Made by a program: the position numbers and the translations under genes. The notes under the pieces are model-generated. The model did not search any database, was not told where the DNA came from, and worked only from the letters and a program-made list of their open reading frames with translations. From positions 1 through 64,000 of the forward strand of contig CBFFRP010000115.1 in assembly GCA_965644295.1 (NCBI GenBank): 64,000 nt of DNA, in the 5' to 3' direction. Of the stretch, positions 24,023 to 36,400 are shown piece by piece. Source of the DNA: Paraphysomonas bandaiensis (taxonomy: Eukaryota; Protista; Chrysophyceae). The first letter of the stretch is position 1; every line of letters begins with the position of its first letter.

Positions 24023-27000
24023 ATGGCACGCGCAGGCAGAAGTATTGAAGAGATTATTCTCATGAGGAAATTGGAAGGTGTTCTAGACGACAAAATTTGT
24101 GCCTCCAAAACCCTTGATGGAAGGAAAAGAACCGATATTCAACCAATGAATGTATCAGGAATGAAACGCAATAGAGGAAATTCCAAAACTCGTGCGTGTG
24201 GAAATCATGACAAAGAAATTATTGAGTCACTAATGGAACATTCTCGCCTCCTACAGGAGCGAGTTCAAGTAAATGCACGTATATGCTTAAGTGTATTTCT
24301 TACGAGTATATTTACAGTCATTAGAATCCAAACTTATTATGAGTGAGAATACCACGGACAGTTTAAAGTATGAATTGGAGCTCTCAAGGCGAAGAATAGA
24401 CGAGTTACTATTCAGTCAACAATGCGAATCTCGTATAAATTCCCGAATGCAGACTCCCGTGGCATTGTCTCGACGTCCACTCTCGAAGATGGAGAGTGCT
24501 CCTCAGCATTTGATGAGAAGCAATAACAGCACACTTGGAACACTGTCCATTCCAAAATCGAAACAAAAGGAAAGTCCATTGAAAAAGAGCGCTTACATAT
24601 CGGGAGCGCAGACACCAGCGTCTTTAGGTTCGGTCAACACATTAGATATTGGGCACACTGTGGGAGACATGGAAGGCCAGATAGTCGAGTTGCGGCACCT
24701 CTTTCGCCGTGTTGATCCGTTAGAAGAGCGTCACTGGGCCTCAATCAAGATTCAGAGCTCGGTACGTGGATGGGTAATCCGTAGAAAATACGCGAGATAC
24801 TGGGCAGCTTTGAGGGCGTGGCTGCATGGGCGCATCAAGAAGTATTATCCTGCAGTGGAGCAAGCGCTGTTGCGCTCCTCTTATATCGACTCCGGAATTC
24901 TTTCCATGAAGATGAAGCGAGACAGTAGACTTGTCAGGTGACATTCATCTGCTATGATATCCCCAGGCCGTAAATATTACACGTCGCAGGGCCATCTTCG
25001 ACCGGTGGCAGCACATATGCAAGCAGTCTGCCCCATTCCGGCGATCTATGCTAGTAGCCGCAGAGGAAAAGTTCCAGGCTAAGATATTCAAGCTGAAGCT
25101 TGAGGTAAATATATAATCATAGTATAGTCTGATGATCGGTTGCGTTTCAGGCATTTCTCGCTTTCAAGAATGGGACAATTGGGAATGATTCACACAAACA
25201 GATCCGTAAGGAGAGACGGATGCTGGTTGAGCGTATAAGAGAAGGTGTCTTGTTGATGACTTTTTTTTTAGATCTCATGCTGATTCAGGAATCAGGGCCA
25301 AAATGAACAAAGATGGAAGGGAAAATATTTTGATATCGGATGACGAGGTGCGGCGGGCTGTGTACAAAGAAATTGTACTGTCTTCCCTTGCTAAGAAAGA
25401 CGCCCGCAATCGACGACTCGTGTTCAATACATTTAAATCTATATACACCCAGTCTCTCAGAAATGAGCGAGTTGCACACAGCTGGCGGTTTAAGATATAC
25501 GCTGGCAGGTGTTTCTATGCGTGGTCTGACTGGACGTATGCAGTGGGGTCCGGGCTCGAACGGAAGCGATGGGCTGGACCTAGACGTTATGAGGTGATTT
25601 CTGACATATTCCATGTTACTGAAGAATGATTAACTGTATGACGTTGTAGGTACGGTACAATCAAAAACTTGTAGAGCATTTCTCGAAAGTAAGGCTCAAG
25701 AAAATGATATTTCGTCCGTGGCGGCGCTACTCGCGCACTACCGCTATCGTGAGCCGAATGTTTATGGTGAAACAAACTGCATTCATGTTGAAGAATGTGA
25801 AGGCATGGAGAGAAATCACCAGAAAGCACAAAAAATTACGCCAGACCACGATATCGAACTGGACAGGGTACTCTATGTACATCATGGCACCGCTGTTCTC
25901 TGCATGGAAAGACTTTGCTTCGACTGCTTCCATCCGTCGCATGCATCAAAACAGCCTCGTAGCCGCCTATGTGCGGTGGAAGAATAGACAGAAGAATGTT
26001 CGCATTCTCCGGATGTGGCGACATCAAGCCCTTTATGGAGGAATCGAGGGAATGTATTCGCGCACCAACATTTCGAAGAGTCTTGGGGAGCAGAAAAGCA
26101 TGTGTGCTGCCCTACAAAAAATGATAACTAAGCAGACTGTGGAGCTCGAGGAGTGTAAGGACATGGTACAGAAAGAGACTACGAATAGGAAGAGAATGGA
26201 GGATAGGGTAGCCGATAGGGATGTAGAAATAGAACGATTAAAAATGAAAAACCACCATATGGACATGGAGTTGAGACGTCTGCATGGCGTCATTGATGTA
26301 AGTGCAACTGCTGGCTACTCCCTGCGGTATATTATTGTCTTATGCTCTGGACACTTTAACAGGCAATGGCGAGGATTAATCCTCGTCAAATACAACATAT
26401 CAAGAGCATGCAACCGGAGTTTGAGTTCCAGGAGCGCAAGATCCAACCATCTCTGGATGTTGCTTCCACGGATGATCTTTTTACTGCAGATAACGGTGAG
26501 GTATCTACTGCGTCTCAGCCTTCACCTTCAACAGTACCAGAAACTTCTGTGATCGAAGATTCGTCTAGCATGATTCAGGATACCTCCAAGCAAGGTGTCA
26601 TATCCAGGGATCCTTCTGGTCACAGGGGTACATTTTCTAACATTAACCCGACCAGCAGTGGGAATGTTTCCACTGCTAACTCAGTGACAGGTAGCGTGGC
26701 GTCGGCAACCGTGCTATCTCAAGATGATAGACGTTTGCTAACGAGAGTTAAGTGGTTACTTCGGCGCTTATTTGAACCCGAACCTGAGGAAGAAGAAGAA
26801 GAAGAAGACGATAAATTCGAAGCCATGGACGAGAGTGAGACGGAGGATGATGGAGGTGTGTACCATCACCCCTGTGTGTCGGCTCTATGTAATTCCTACT
26901 ACCACAGATAGTTTATCAGGTCGAACTCCAGTGATTTCTAGAGGAGAGCGCATGGTTCAACAAATACTGTCGGACGAAGCTGATACGAAGGAAGCGATGT

Positions 27001-27782
27001 TTTTACTGAACATGTTAAGCTTTTTGAAAGATGGTACGTGTCAGAATGTTTGAAATGAGCGATCTGAATGCTTTGCAGGTAACTCGAAGTGCCTATCTGA
27101 AAATGATAGTCGTGATTGGGCACAAGAATTGTTGGCATCGGTTGGCAGGAATTCGACTATTGTCAGCAATCTTTTGGGAGGTGATGATCCTGGAGCAAAG
27201 AAAGCCTCTCCTGACAGTGGTGTGGATATGGAGTCATGGAGAAGTATATTGGTTCATTTACGTACGAATTATCCCGTAGGGGTGGTTGGAACCTCGACTA
27301 AGATTAAATTTAACGATGAATTGGATCGACCTCAAACTGGCGTTTTGGCTAGAGTGAGAACAATGCAAACTGATCTCAGGGAGGTTATTCAGGCGAAGGA
27401 AGCAAAGATCCAGAAAAGTAGGTTCGGTGGTAATATGCAGGCAACACTTATGCTCAAAAGCGACATGTCGAGCGGAGTGTTTACCCTTGATGAGGACGAT
27501 GAAGAAGATGAAGATGAAGGAGATGATGAAACTAGACTCAATGTCTACAAAGAGCGAATTCTAGGAGAATCCCCTGTTGAGATAACTCCCGTTGTTGAGG
27601 ACCCGGGTGACAGCGTATATGATGATTTTGATCTTGCTGGAGATCCGAATAAACCGAGTATTCTGTTATCGATGCAGCAGTCGCTTGTGGATAGTGTAGG
27701 GAGTGTTGGTACCAATTCAGTTGATGAAACGGCTGAGGATAATGGATTTGTGTTAAAATCTGGTCTCAGTGATGTGCAGTAA
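24023..27782 (+). CDS. Multi-exon IQ-motif / Sfi1-like repeat coiled-coil protein, possibly centrin- or calmodulin-binding
   Basis: IQ motif ASIKIQSSVRGWVIRRKY. Repeated F/LxxW motifs (AIFDRWQH, RCFYAWSDW, MIFRPWRRY, PLFSAWKDF, RILRMWRHQ), a coiled coil and an acidic tail. Short GT-AG introns join the ORF pieces. Confidence 0.7.
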
Positions 27783-28174
27783 TGATGACCAATAAGTTAA
27801 TTTCTATGTTTGAAAATAATATATATTGTAGCGAAAATGGGCGTTTTATGGTCGTCATGGTATAAAGGTAGTGGAGGTTGTAGTATGACATGAAAAGTAG
27901 GTGATTAGAACAGAAAATTTGTGTAGAGTTCTAATGTACCGGGACTATTCGTAGATGGGAGCAGGGACTAGGATGCTAAGAGTTTCGATATGAAAATATC
28001 TTGCTGTATAAAACTAGCTATTTATGTTTGGGAAGCGCTTCTAGAAGTAGTAGCAATGGGAAAGTGGGTAGAGAATAGATATATTTCAGAGATTTTTATT
28101 ACTAATAAGTTGTGAATGCCTTATGGTTAGTAAGAGGCGTTTAGGAGTCAGTACTTCATTAATTTTGATGTTGA

Positions 28175-29660
28175 AAGTTTTAATTTTAGTAATAGGCGTT
28201 GAGAATCAGCACCAGCTTAGTAGCTAGAAAAAAACTACTATAGTCAAGCTAGAAAGACGACTACCTGTAACTAACTAGTATACTAACTCTCTACTATCTG
28301 TTGGAATACGTATGGTTCTCTAAGATAGTACTGTAGAATACGTTAGATACAATGTGAAAAACAGTAATACGTAGTCAATAGTCAAAGGTGCTATATAGCT
28401 ATAACTGTGAAACTGAAGTAGAATATCATGACGATTCAAGATACGGAAGTTGAGCAGTGGTTGACATGAACGAAATAATTTATCATGTTGTTGACATGTG
28501 TTACATGACAACACACACAATTGTGTATACAATTATAACGAAGTAATCTTTCTAGTTTGACTAACTTAAACTTCTATTACAACGATCTTAATCATCTGAA
28601 AATGGTCAATTGTCAATATGGTAGCGAATGCGGAGGAGAGAAGGAGGATAGAGCTGATGTTCCATGGTTCGACGAGAGCAACATTGAGCAATGGAACGAA
28701 TTTTTTGAGTCCTTAAGGTGAACTGCCCGGATACTTGACTTCAGTAGGCATGTATTGAAAGTCTTATTACTTAGCAAAAGTCGTTAAAAACCTTCACCAA
28801 TGTAGTGGCTAGTGGAATGCTATACATACTATTTAGACCTCTACCCATAACTAATCAGCACAAATTCTATTATCCTATTTAGCGCTACAGAATCTGCTTG
28901 TGCGTCGTCGCAACCACCAAGGTGAACATTCTGAATGCTTGACTTCAGCAGGTTACCCTTCAGGTGGGCCTTGCCCGAATGCCTTGAGGTGGACCCTGTC
29001 CCGGATACCTTTTTATTTGTCATGGCCTAAAGACGTCTACACAAGGGTTGGCACTACTTATGGTGATTGTTAAGTTTCGCCCTGATCGTGTATCCTAGGA
29101 CTCACTGGCGCGTGTTGGAGGTCTATCCTTGGAATGAGATTCCACCAGGTTCTGTTTTAAGGTCCCGTTTGGTCGTGAGGCATTGGTGGAGTTGCCGGAG
29201 ACGGCGTCCTTCAGTAGGCAGCCCAATATCCCGAATACGCTTGATGTAGGCCCAGGTTGTAGTCAATTATAATTATTCTAATTATTTAATACTAAACTAC
29301 ATTAGCATTTAACAACTGTTTAGCACTTAATATGATGCAAGCTGGAGTCAATTATAATGAATCGATGTCTAAATTTCAATAATTGACAAATAATTGATAC
29401 GCAGCCCTGGTATTTAACGCCACGGAAGCTGCTTGTGCGTCACTGCAAGCACGAAACCACGTTTGCTCCATCACTCAATGCAAACGTAGTGAGTAAGCAG
29501 ATTGTTGGTATACCTGACATCTGCCGACTTTTGGATTTTGGAGTCCTTAAGGTGAACTGCCCGGATGCTTGACTTCAGTAGGCAACCCAATAACTGTAGT
29601 TTCATTCCTGGGTGCCTGTTTATTTGTCAGGGCCCAATGACGTCTGCAAATTCGACACTA
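28175..29660. mobile_element. Cluster of nested TE fragments: LINE 3' ends, LTR-like repeats, and a hAT right end at 29409
   Basis: Homology to 8460-8720, 20401-20570 and 21045-21190, plus the TIR GATACGCAGCCCTG. Confidence 0.75.
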
Positions 29661-30299
29661 ATTTGTGTGTGATATAATATTCTCTATTCTAATACATACG
29701 ATACACACTAGGCAGCGTAGCATATAACCTTCACGAGAATATACTATCCATTATGAGCGGAATTATCTACTCATTGTATTTCATTATAATTGCTGGTAAC
29801 TATACTACCTTTAATGGGCCATAAGCGCTTACAGGCCCTGCCTATAAGTATACCGGGTAGCTATAGGTTAAATTACACAGGTACTTTATAGGTACTCAGC
29901 GCGAGTCGCACCAATGTGCAATTACGTCACAATTTGACAGGAATCAAACAATAACAAGCCTGATAATGAGCGTACAGTGCATACACCAGAATACAAGTAC
30001 TCTTTTAACATATGAATTTGAAACATGCTCTGAATAATCACGATTCCACAACAAATTATAGACATATTAAATATGTTACAGCAGTCTTTTTCTCTTTGGT
30101 CGAAAATACAGTCCAAATAATAGGTCGCATCATTCGAGGCAGGTATGCGTTATCTACGAACGTGTTCCCAACCAATTCCCACAAGTCCTACTACTGCTCC
30201 AGTTATTTCCCCACTTCATACAATCTATCCCACAGCCCCTACACCTTTGACGCAGTTATAACCCGCCAATCTAATCGGCCGAATACTGTTTCTCTCTGA

Positions 30300-30970
30300 A
30301 CTGGATATAGACGAACACTCCGGACGTACCATCCCTCTCGTTTGCTATACTATACGTACACAGGCGGTAGTCCTACCTCCCGGTTGCACCCCACTTCTGC
30401 CCTGTACCTCCATGTGCATGAACCTGTATACCGGTACTGTTGAACACATCACCAGCTCTCTCTCTCTGTCCAACACACGTACTATAACACCATCTTACAC
30501 TTTACCTGTACTCTCCCTTCGCCTTTGACACCTTGCCGTCATCTTTCTTCCACACATACCTTATGCCTCAGCCTGTGCGCCCCCTGCACTAACACACACA
30601 CTAGGAGCAGCTGAGGACGTCCGTGTGTCTCCTCCAGACCATCATGATCATCTCGTGCATAGGTCTATCAGAGTACTAGACCCTGGCAGACCTAGTTCTG
30701 TTGCACAGTCCCACTCTCCTCAAACAGATGTCGTCTCTCTTCCACCATCACACTTCTTCTCGACTCCCTGTTGCTGGACACACCGGAGCACCCTCATATC
30801 CCACTGGTGTTCAACTACACACTCACTTCCATATGCTCTCTGCCACTGGCAAGGCAGCAAAAGAGCCGATTTCTTCATAGTAGGCCATAACCTTTTGCAA
30901 GACATCCATCCGCATACCTCCGAGCCACAATGCCTAAGCGAAGGCCACACCAGATCACCAATCACAGAAG
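30300..30970 (+). mobile_element. Possible decayed LINE endonuclease (APE) fragment
   Basis: C-rich strand bias like the 8.5-11.1 kb LINE. HWQGSKRADFFIV resembles the APE RID motif. Confidence 0.3.
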
Positions 30971-30974
30971 GGTA

Positions 30975-33053
30975 TACCATTATAATTATAATATCCAATT
31001 GGGGGAAACTGGCCTACCATTAATGTACCATTAATGCATTGGGATACCACTAATATGACCTGTACTGCTATATATAGAACTGAGTGTTTTTAAGATATAA
31101 AAGAATATAGTATATCCTCTACACTCCGAAGAAACTCTACAATATTAGAGTTCATTCAACACTACAGGCACTCTGTGGCAACCTTGTTCACTATCTTCTC
31201 AATGCATTCTAGAGTTAGAGAATAGTGTCCTGCGCGATATCCATAGCAACGAACCCACATACCCAAAAAATCTAAAATAATCATTGAAAATATGCATATT
31301 TCAAATAGAAAGTTTTCAAAACACTATTTTTCCCCAAATGTGAAAGAAGCTACTACAGTACACAATTCTGTATTTATACCATCCCACACAAAGATGATGG
31401 CCGCAAATATTAATGGCAGTGTATTATACAGAGTCTTCTTCCGAGTGGATTCAGAGAATCCTCACAGTGCTCTGTATCATATTTGTTGGTTGTGCAATGA
31501 TCGCCTTGTGCAATGTACAAAGATATTATACAGCGAGGTTAGACGACTTGTGTGAATCATATAGCCAAGAAGGGCACCAAACATGCGAATTTTTCTTGGC
31601 GAGAGGAACTGGAGTGAAAGACTTCATGAAAGATTTTGTAAGAAAGTATCTCCTGCTGGAATGAACTTTTTTCGGTGGCTGGAATGGATAGTTATGAACG
31701 ACGAACCATTTTCTATCGTGGAGAATAAGTATGTTCGGAAGAGATGGAACCAATTTGTAACAAGCCCGCCAGTTATTTATTCAAGGGAATGATGAAAGAG
31801 AGAAGAGCAGTTAGACATTTGCAACGGATTCATCCATGGAGGTTGGTGTACCCGACAGAAATAAAGAGGATGAGAGTGAAGGAACTAATTTTGAACAGTG
31901 CGTTCTGGACAGCGCCGAGGTCACCAAGAGAGCTCGACAATCTAATGTTGTTGAAAGGCTCCTTAGCGTAGAAACATGAATCGTTGCAATTCCTACGAGC
32001 CAACGACATGTTGTGGGATGTCTATACCCTCCATGCAGCCCTGTAAGATCCCAGGGATAGGGAACAATATATATTGTATTGCAATACATTGTACAATATA
32101 TTGCAATATATTGTAAAATATTAAAATATATTGATTGGTGGACTGGTCAAATATTCGATCAATATTGTTTCTGTTAAAAGAGCTCACAATACTATTGCAA
32201 TATATTGCAATCAATATTATGATAGTCATATAAGAGAAGATTCTCAACTGTAGGGTTCAAAATGGATATAAATAACCGAGAAATTGATAACAAAATTACA
32301 AAAGATAATTAAGCTGATGTTGAATATGCGACTAAAAATCTTCAGTCAGCTCAGAAAGTTAAGAAACGTACAGATCCACGAGTCATTAACGGTTGCCTGG
32401 CCCTGGTATGTACTTCCAATACATGGGAACGTCTGTTTAGCATAGCTAAACATATTATATCAGTGTTGCGCAAACGTATCCATTCTACTTAATATGCTGT
32501 TGTTTCTGAAAGCTATTCGACAGTTATGGCCGGATACTAGCATATTTCAAGTAATTCTGTGGATGAATATGGTGATGTTGGCGTCACCGATGATGGCTCA
32601 GAGGATGAGGACGAGGTGGATTTTTAGTAGCTATACGCAGCAGTTTGTTTGGTTGTCATGTGATTTTAATGACTAATACTAAAAATGAAATCTACGGATG
32701 TGTTTACCTACTGATTAGTCATACTAATATATTGCAATACATTGACAATATATTGCAATATATTATAATTGTATTGTAGGACCGGTTTAAAAAATCCATC
32801 AATACTATTGACGAAACGCTATCTAACAATAGTATTGCCATATATTGTTCCCTATCCCTGTAAGATCCTGATGTGCCAGTAGAGAGCGAGAAGTAGTTAA
32901 AATTTGTAGTCTGATATTTAACTAAAAATTAGTAATTTAGGGAGCACAACACTATCTATTATATGAGTGGTGCTATCTAATTTAAGTTAGTAGGTATTAA
33001 TGGCCATTATAATTGCCTGGAACTGGACAACCATTAATGGTTATCAGGCCCTG
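30975..33053 (+). mobile_element. Degenerate hAT element with transposase remnants; left TIR not found
   Basis: CCATTAATG subterminal repeats, NFFRWLEWIVMNDEPFSIVENKYVR, right end TTATCAGGCCCTG. Confidence 0.7.
32052..32860 (+). mobile_element. hAT MITE nested in the older hAT element
   Basis: 20-bp TIRs CAGGGATAGGGAACAATATA, perfect 8-bp TSD TAAGATCC (32044-32051, 32861-32868), dimerisation-domain remnant ERLFSIAKHII...LLFLKAIRQLWP. Confidence 0.95.
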
Positions 33054-33215
33054 CCATAAGGCACATAAGGCAGTCCCCGATGCAAATTGCACAAAGTGTA
33101 TATGTAGTCTGAAGCGTTCCATTGTGATAGTAGTAGAATTATTACTGCATTCACTTGTCATGCTGTACGTTGTACAACGTCGTCCCCTACATACACATCT
33201 ATCATATAGCGAGAA

Positions 33216-33392
33216 TGGTTGCACCTTGGTGCTTGCGGCGACGCACAAGCAGTTCTCGTAGCGTTAAATAGTAGCAGGATAATAGAGTTTGTACTGATTA
33301 GTTACAGGCAGAGGTCTAACTAGTTTGTCTAGCAGCTTCTAAGTTGGTGCAGCTTTTTAACGCACGCCTATTGCTAATAATAAGACTTTCAA
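33216..33392 (+). repeat. LINE 3'-UTR-derived short interspersed copy
   Basis: Reverse-complement match to 8465-8640, including the TGCTTGCGGCGACGCACAAGCA hairpin and the CCTATTGCTAATAATAAGAC end. Confidence 0.85.
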
Positions 33393-33431
33393 TAATTTAC
33401 AGCTTACGGTTACCATCAAAAACATTACTAG

Positions 33432-36400
33432 TTATTGGCCAGCAGCATTATCTATTACACTGAAATGTGGCCCGTATACATGACTCCGATGTAGTGCTTT
33501 TACCACCTCATTAGAATCACCAACACCCAGCTCACGAAGGTTGAAACGAACATTGTACATGTCATCGCCACATTTCGCAATCACAGTACCAGGCAGTACA
33601 GCATTTTCACAGTCATCGCACAATGCATCCACCTCGTCGCCCACGTTCAAAACGCGACATTGCTTCTGACCAGGAAGTCTAATCTTCATACGATGTGCTT
33701 TTTGCTCTTCATAGCCGTCATCGTAGTTAAGTGAATATGATACACTACTATTGTTGTCGCATCGCGTTACTTTAGATATCGTTGCACCGCACCATTTCTG
33801 TGACCCACCATATCGAGCTTGAACTCTGGTTGCAACTTCTAAATCTTCAAGTTTCTTCAGCACGCACTCCTTTTCATCCACGTATGGTTTGTACTTCGAT
33901 GATAGCTGCTGAAAAATCTCTACACACTGACATGACATCGGTTCAAGGAGTTCAATATAATCGAAATCCAAATTAATTGTTTTCATATAAAAAGGCGCGC
34001 TGCTTTCGCATTCATTCATCACCTGCGTACTACCAGCGTGGTGAACTAAATTGATGGTATTTCGCTTAGTCTCGGTATCACCACACACCGTGTACATACC
34101 AACGCTTTCTGATTCTGATATAACCCCGTCAATAAGTACTTCCAAGTTATTTTTTGTTATATCTGGACATATCATTACTACACCCATGCACATATATTCG
34201 TCAAAACAAACCATAATATGTCGATATTCCCGTTGCCCACATCACCTTCACGGTATCTAGATTTTTCCTTTCTTGCAAGGTATTGTCACCTGACATTCTA
34301 ACCGTCTTAATATTTACTTTGAAAAATGCTTGTAGTCTTCTAGACGCTTTCGAACCCACTCTGTCTGTATTCCGCTTCGTCCCCATACCTACTCATACGT
34401 GGCATAAAGTTGAATCAATAACTAAACGAGAGCATATACCGAAAAACTTCAAAATTGTACTACTGGAAGTATAGTCCGCAGCTCGCTTCTGCAGGAAATC
34501 TTTTTTATTGTGCTCTACTATTCCACGTGACAGCACCAACACAACCCCTTTCAAAAGATTTAACTATGCGAGCGTCAAAATCAAACATAATTACAACATC
34601 TCAATACCATTGTTAAGTAGTGCAATACTGTCTTTCCATCACCAAAACACGCACGTTCAACAATTGGGTGCTCGTTGAGAATATATTCCAGCTTTGATAT
34701 TGCAGTCCCTACATGAAGACAGCATGGTCACTTATGTAATATAAAGGGTCTGTTCTCATACCGCATGCACATTCAGAAATGAAATAATGAAGCTCTTCCG
34801 GTACAGTGTGCCCACATATTTCATAAGCCACAGGTATTTCAAACACACTTCTCACGCCGTAAGTATTCTCCATATTGCAAAATCTCGACAGCCACATATA
34901 AAAACTAGTGGCATGCAAAGACGGCCTGTTGCCATCTTTCTTGAGTACATAATCCTCATTAGCCGCGCGCAAATAGATGTACAAAGCACACAGCACAGAT
35001 ACTACAGTGAGTGTTGCTTTATCACATATACGGCTAGTCTGCACAGATGTGGATACGTCCCAGCCACACACCACATAAAACACACATGACAACGCATTCA
35101 CTTCATCCGTTGTCATAGCACATTCATTGACGCTCAGCAATACGTGATTTAAAATGTCGTCCAATACAACACGTACTACTTCATCTTGAGTAAGGTTACC
35201 AACGAGGGACTTCCACATCGGACATTCAAGGGATCCATTCACTACACCAACCAAATTTTCCCACATCCTTTTATTGTTGTTCACAACATTGTCATATTCA
35301 GCACTATAGCAGTCCATAATAAATAGATTTGTTAAGACACTAGCTGCAGGCGTGAGCAACATTGTTAACCTCTTTCGTAGAAGTACCAGTGATATATGTG
35401 ACGCTCTACTCGACACTGCATCTAACAAATCTCGCGTGACTTGACTGATTAATCTCTGTTCCACCACAACACGATGAGCATCTTTCTCTTTTGGTAGTAG
35501 AATAGATGTATTTGGTGAGTTATTACGAGTGGTAACTTTCGACGCCATTAGAGAAACATTGTTATCTTTCTTCTCGACAAGACTATCTATCTTACTCAGG
35601 ACAGGTTGGACACCAGAAGGACTAATGGACAGCGTTCGTCCAGGAATAGCCATATTCGAAACAGAAAAAAGCATATCGCTGCAAAGATGTGGTTCAGAGT
35701 CGTTACTCCAATGCTCTTCAGGCAATATCACACTTCTCACATTTCGTCGCGCCAAATCCTCGGAGTGACACACACTCATGGCGCTTTCAAGTTTTGCTAT
35801 AACCACTCGCGCATCCTTCTCACTCTGTTGCAGTTCTGACATCACAAAGAGCAAACCCTTATACACATCTCCAGTAAAAGCTAGAGATTTCGTGCCCGCT
35901 CTACTCACACAATATTTACAATTTAGCATATCATTGCTGCTTCAATAGTCACCTGATGATATCATTCTCATTTGGAGACAGAATATCACCAAAGATGAAG
36001 TCGCACTTTGTACGGATACATTCCTTGAGTAGATAAACCTGGACAGCATATACGAGGAATGTTTCAAACATAACATCCAATATTCTATAACTATATCGAT
36101 ACACACCTGATGCAACAACTTCGCCATGTATTCTATAAGGTGTCTTCTTTTGCGGGATAACAGCTACACTCACGTCATATTCTGACCACTACAAGCGTGA
36201 TTGAACTTACATAACTACTTGTAATATTGGGTACACCATCCGGGTTCTGCTGCTCCATATTAAGGTCGTAGTTAATCTGCTTTGTTAAGAAATCAATTAC
36301 GTGTTTGGCGCTATTTAACTTATTCTTCAAATACTGGCAAAGAGATGCAACAGATGCACCCCTAGCCTTAATTGATTTACATGCGTTTTCAGACAAGTTA

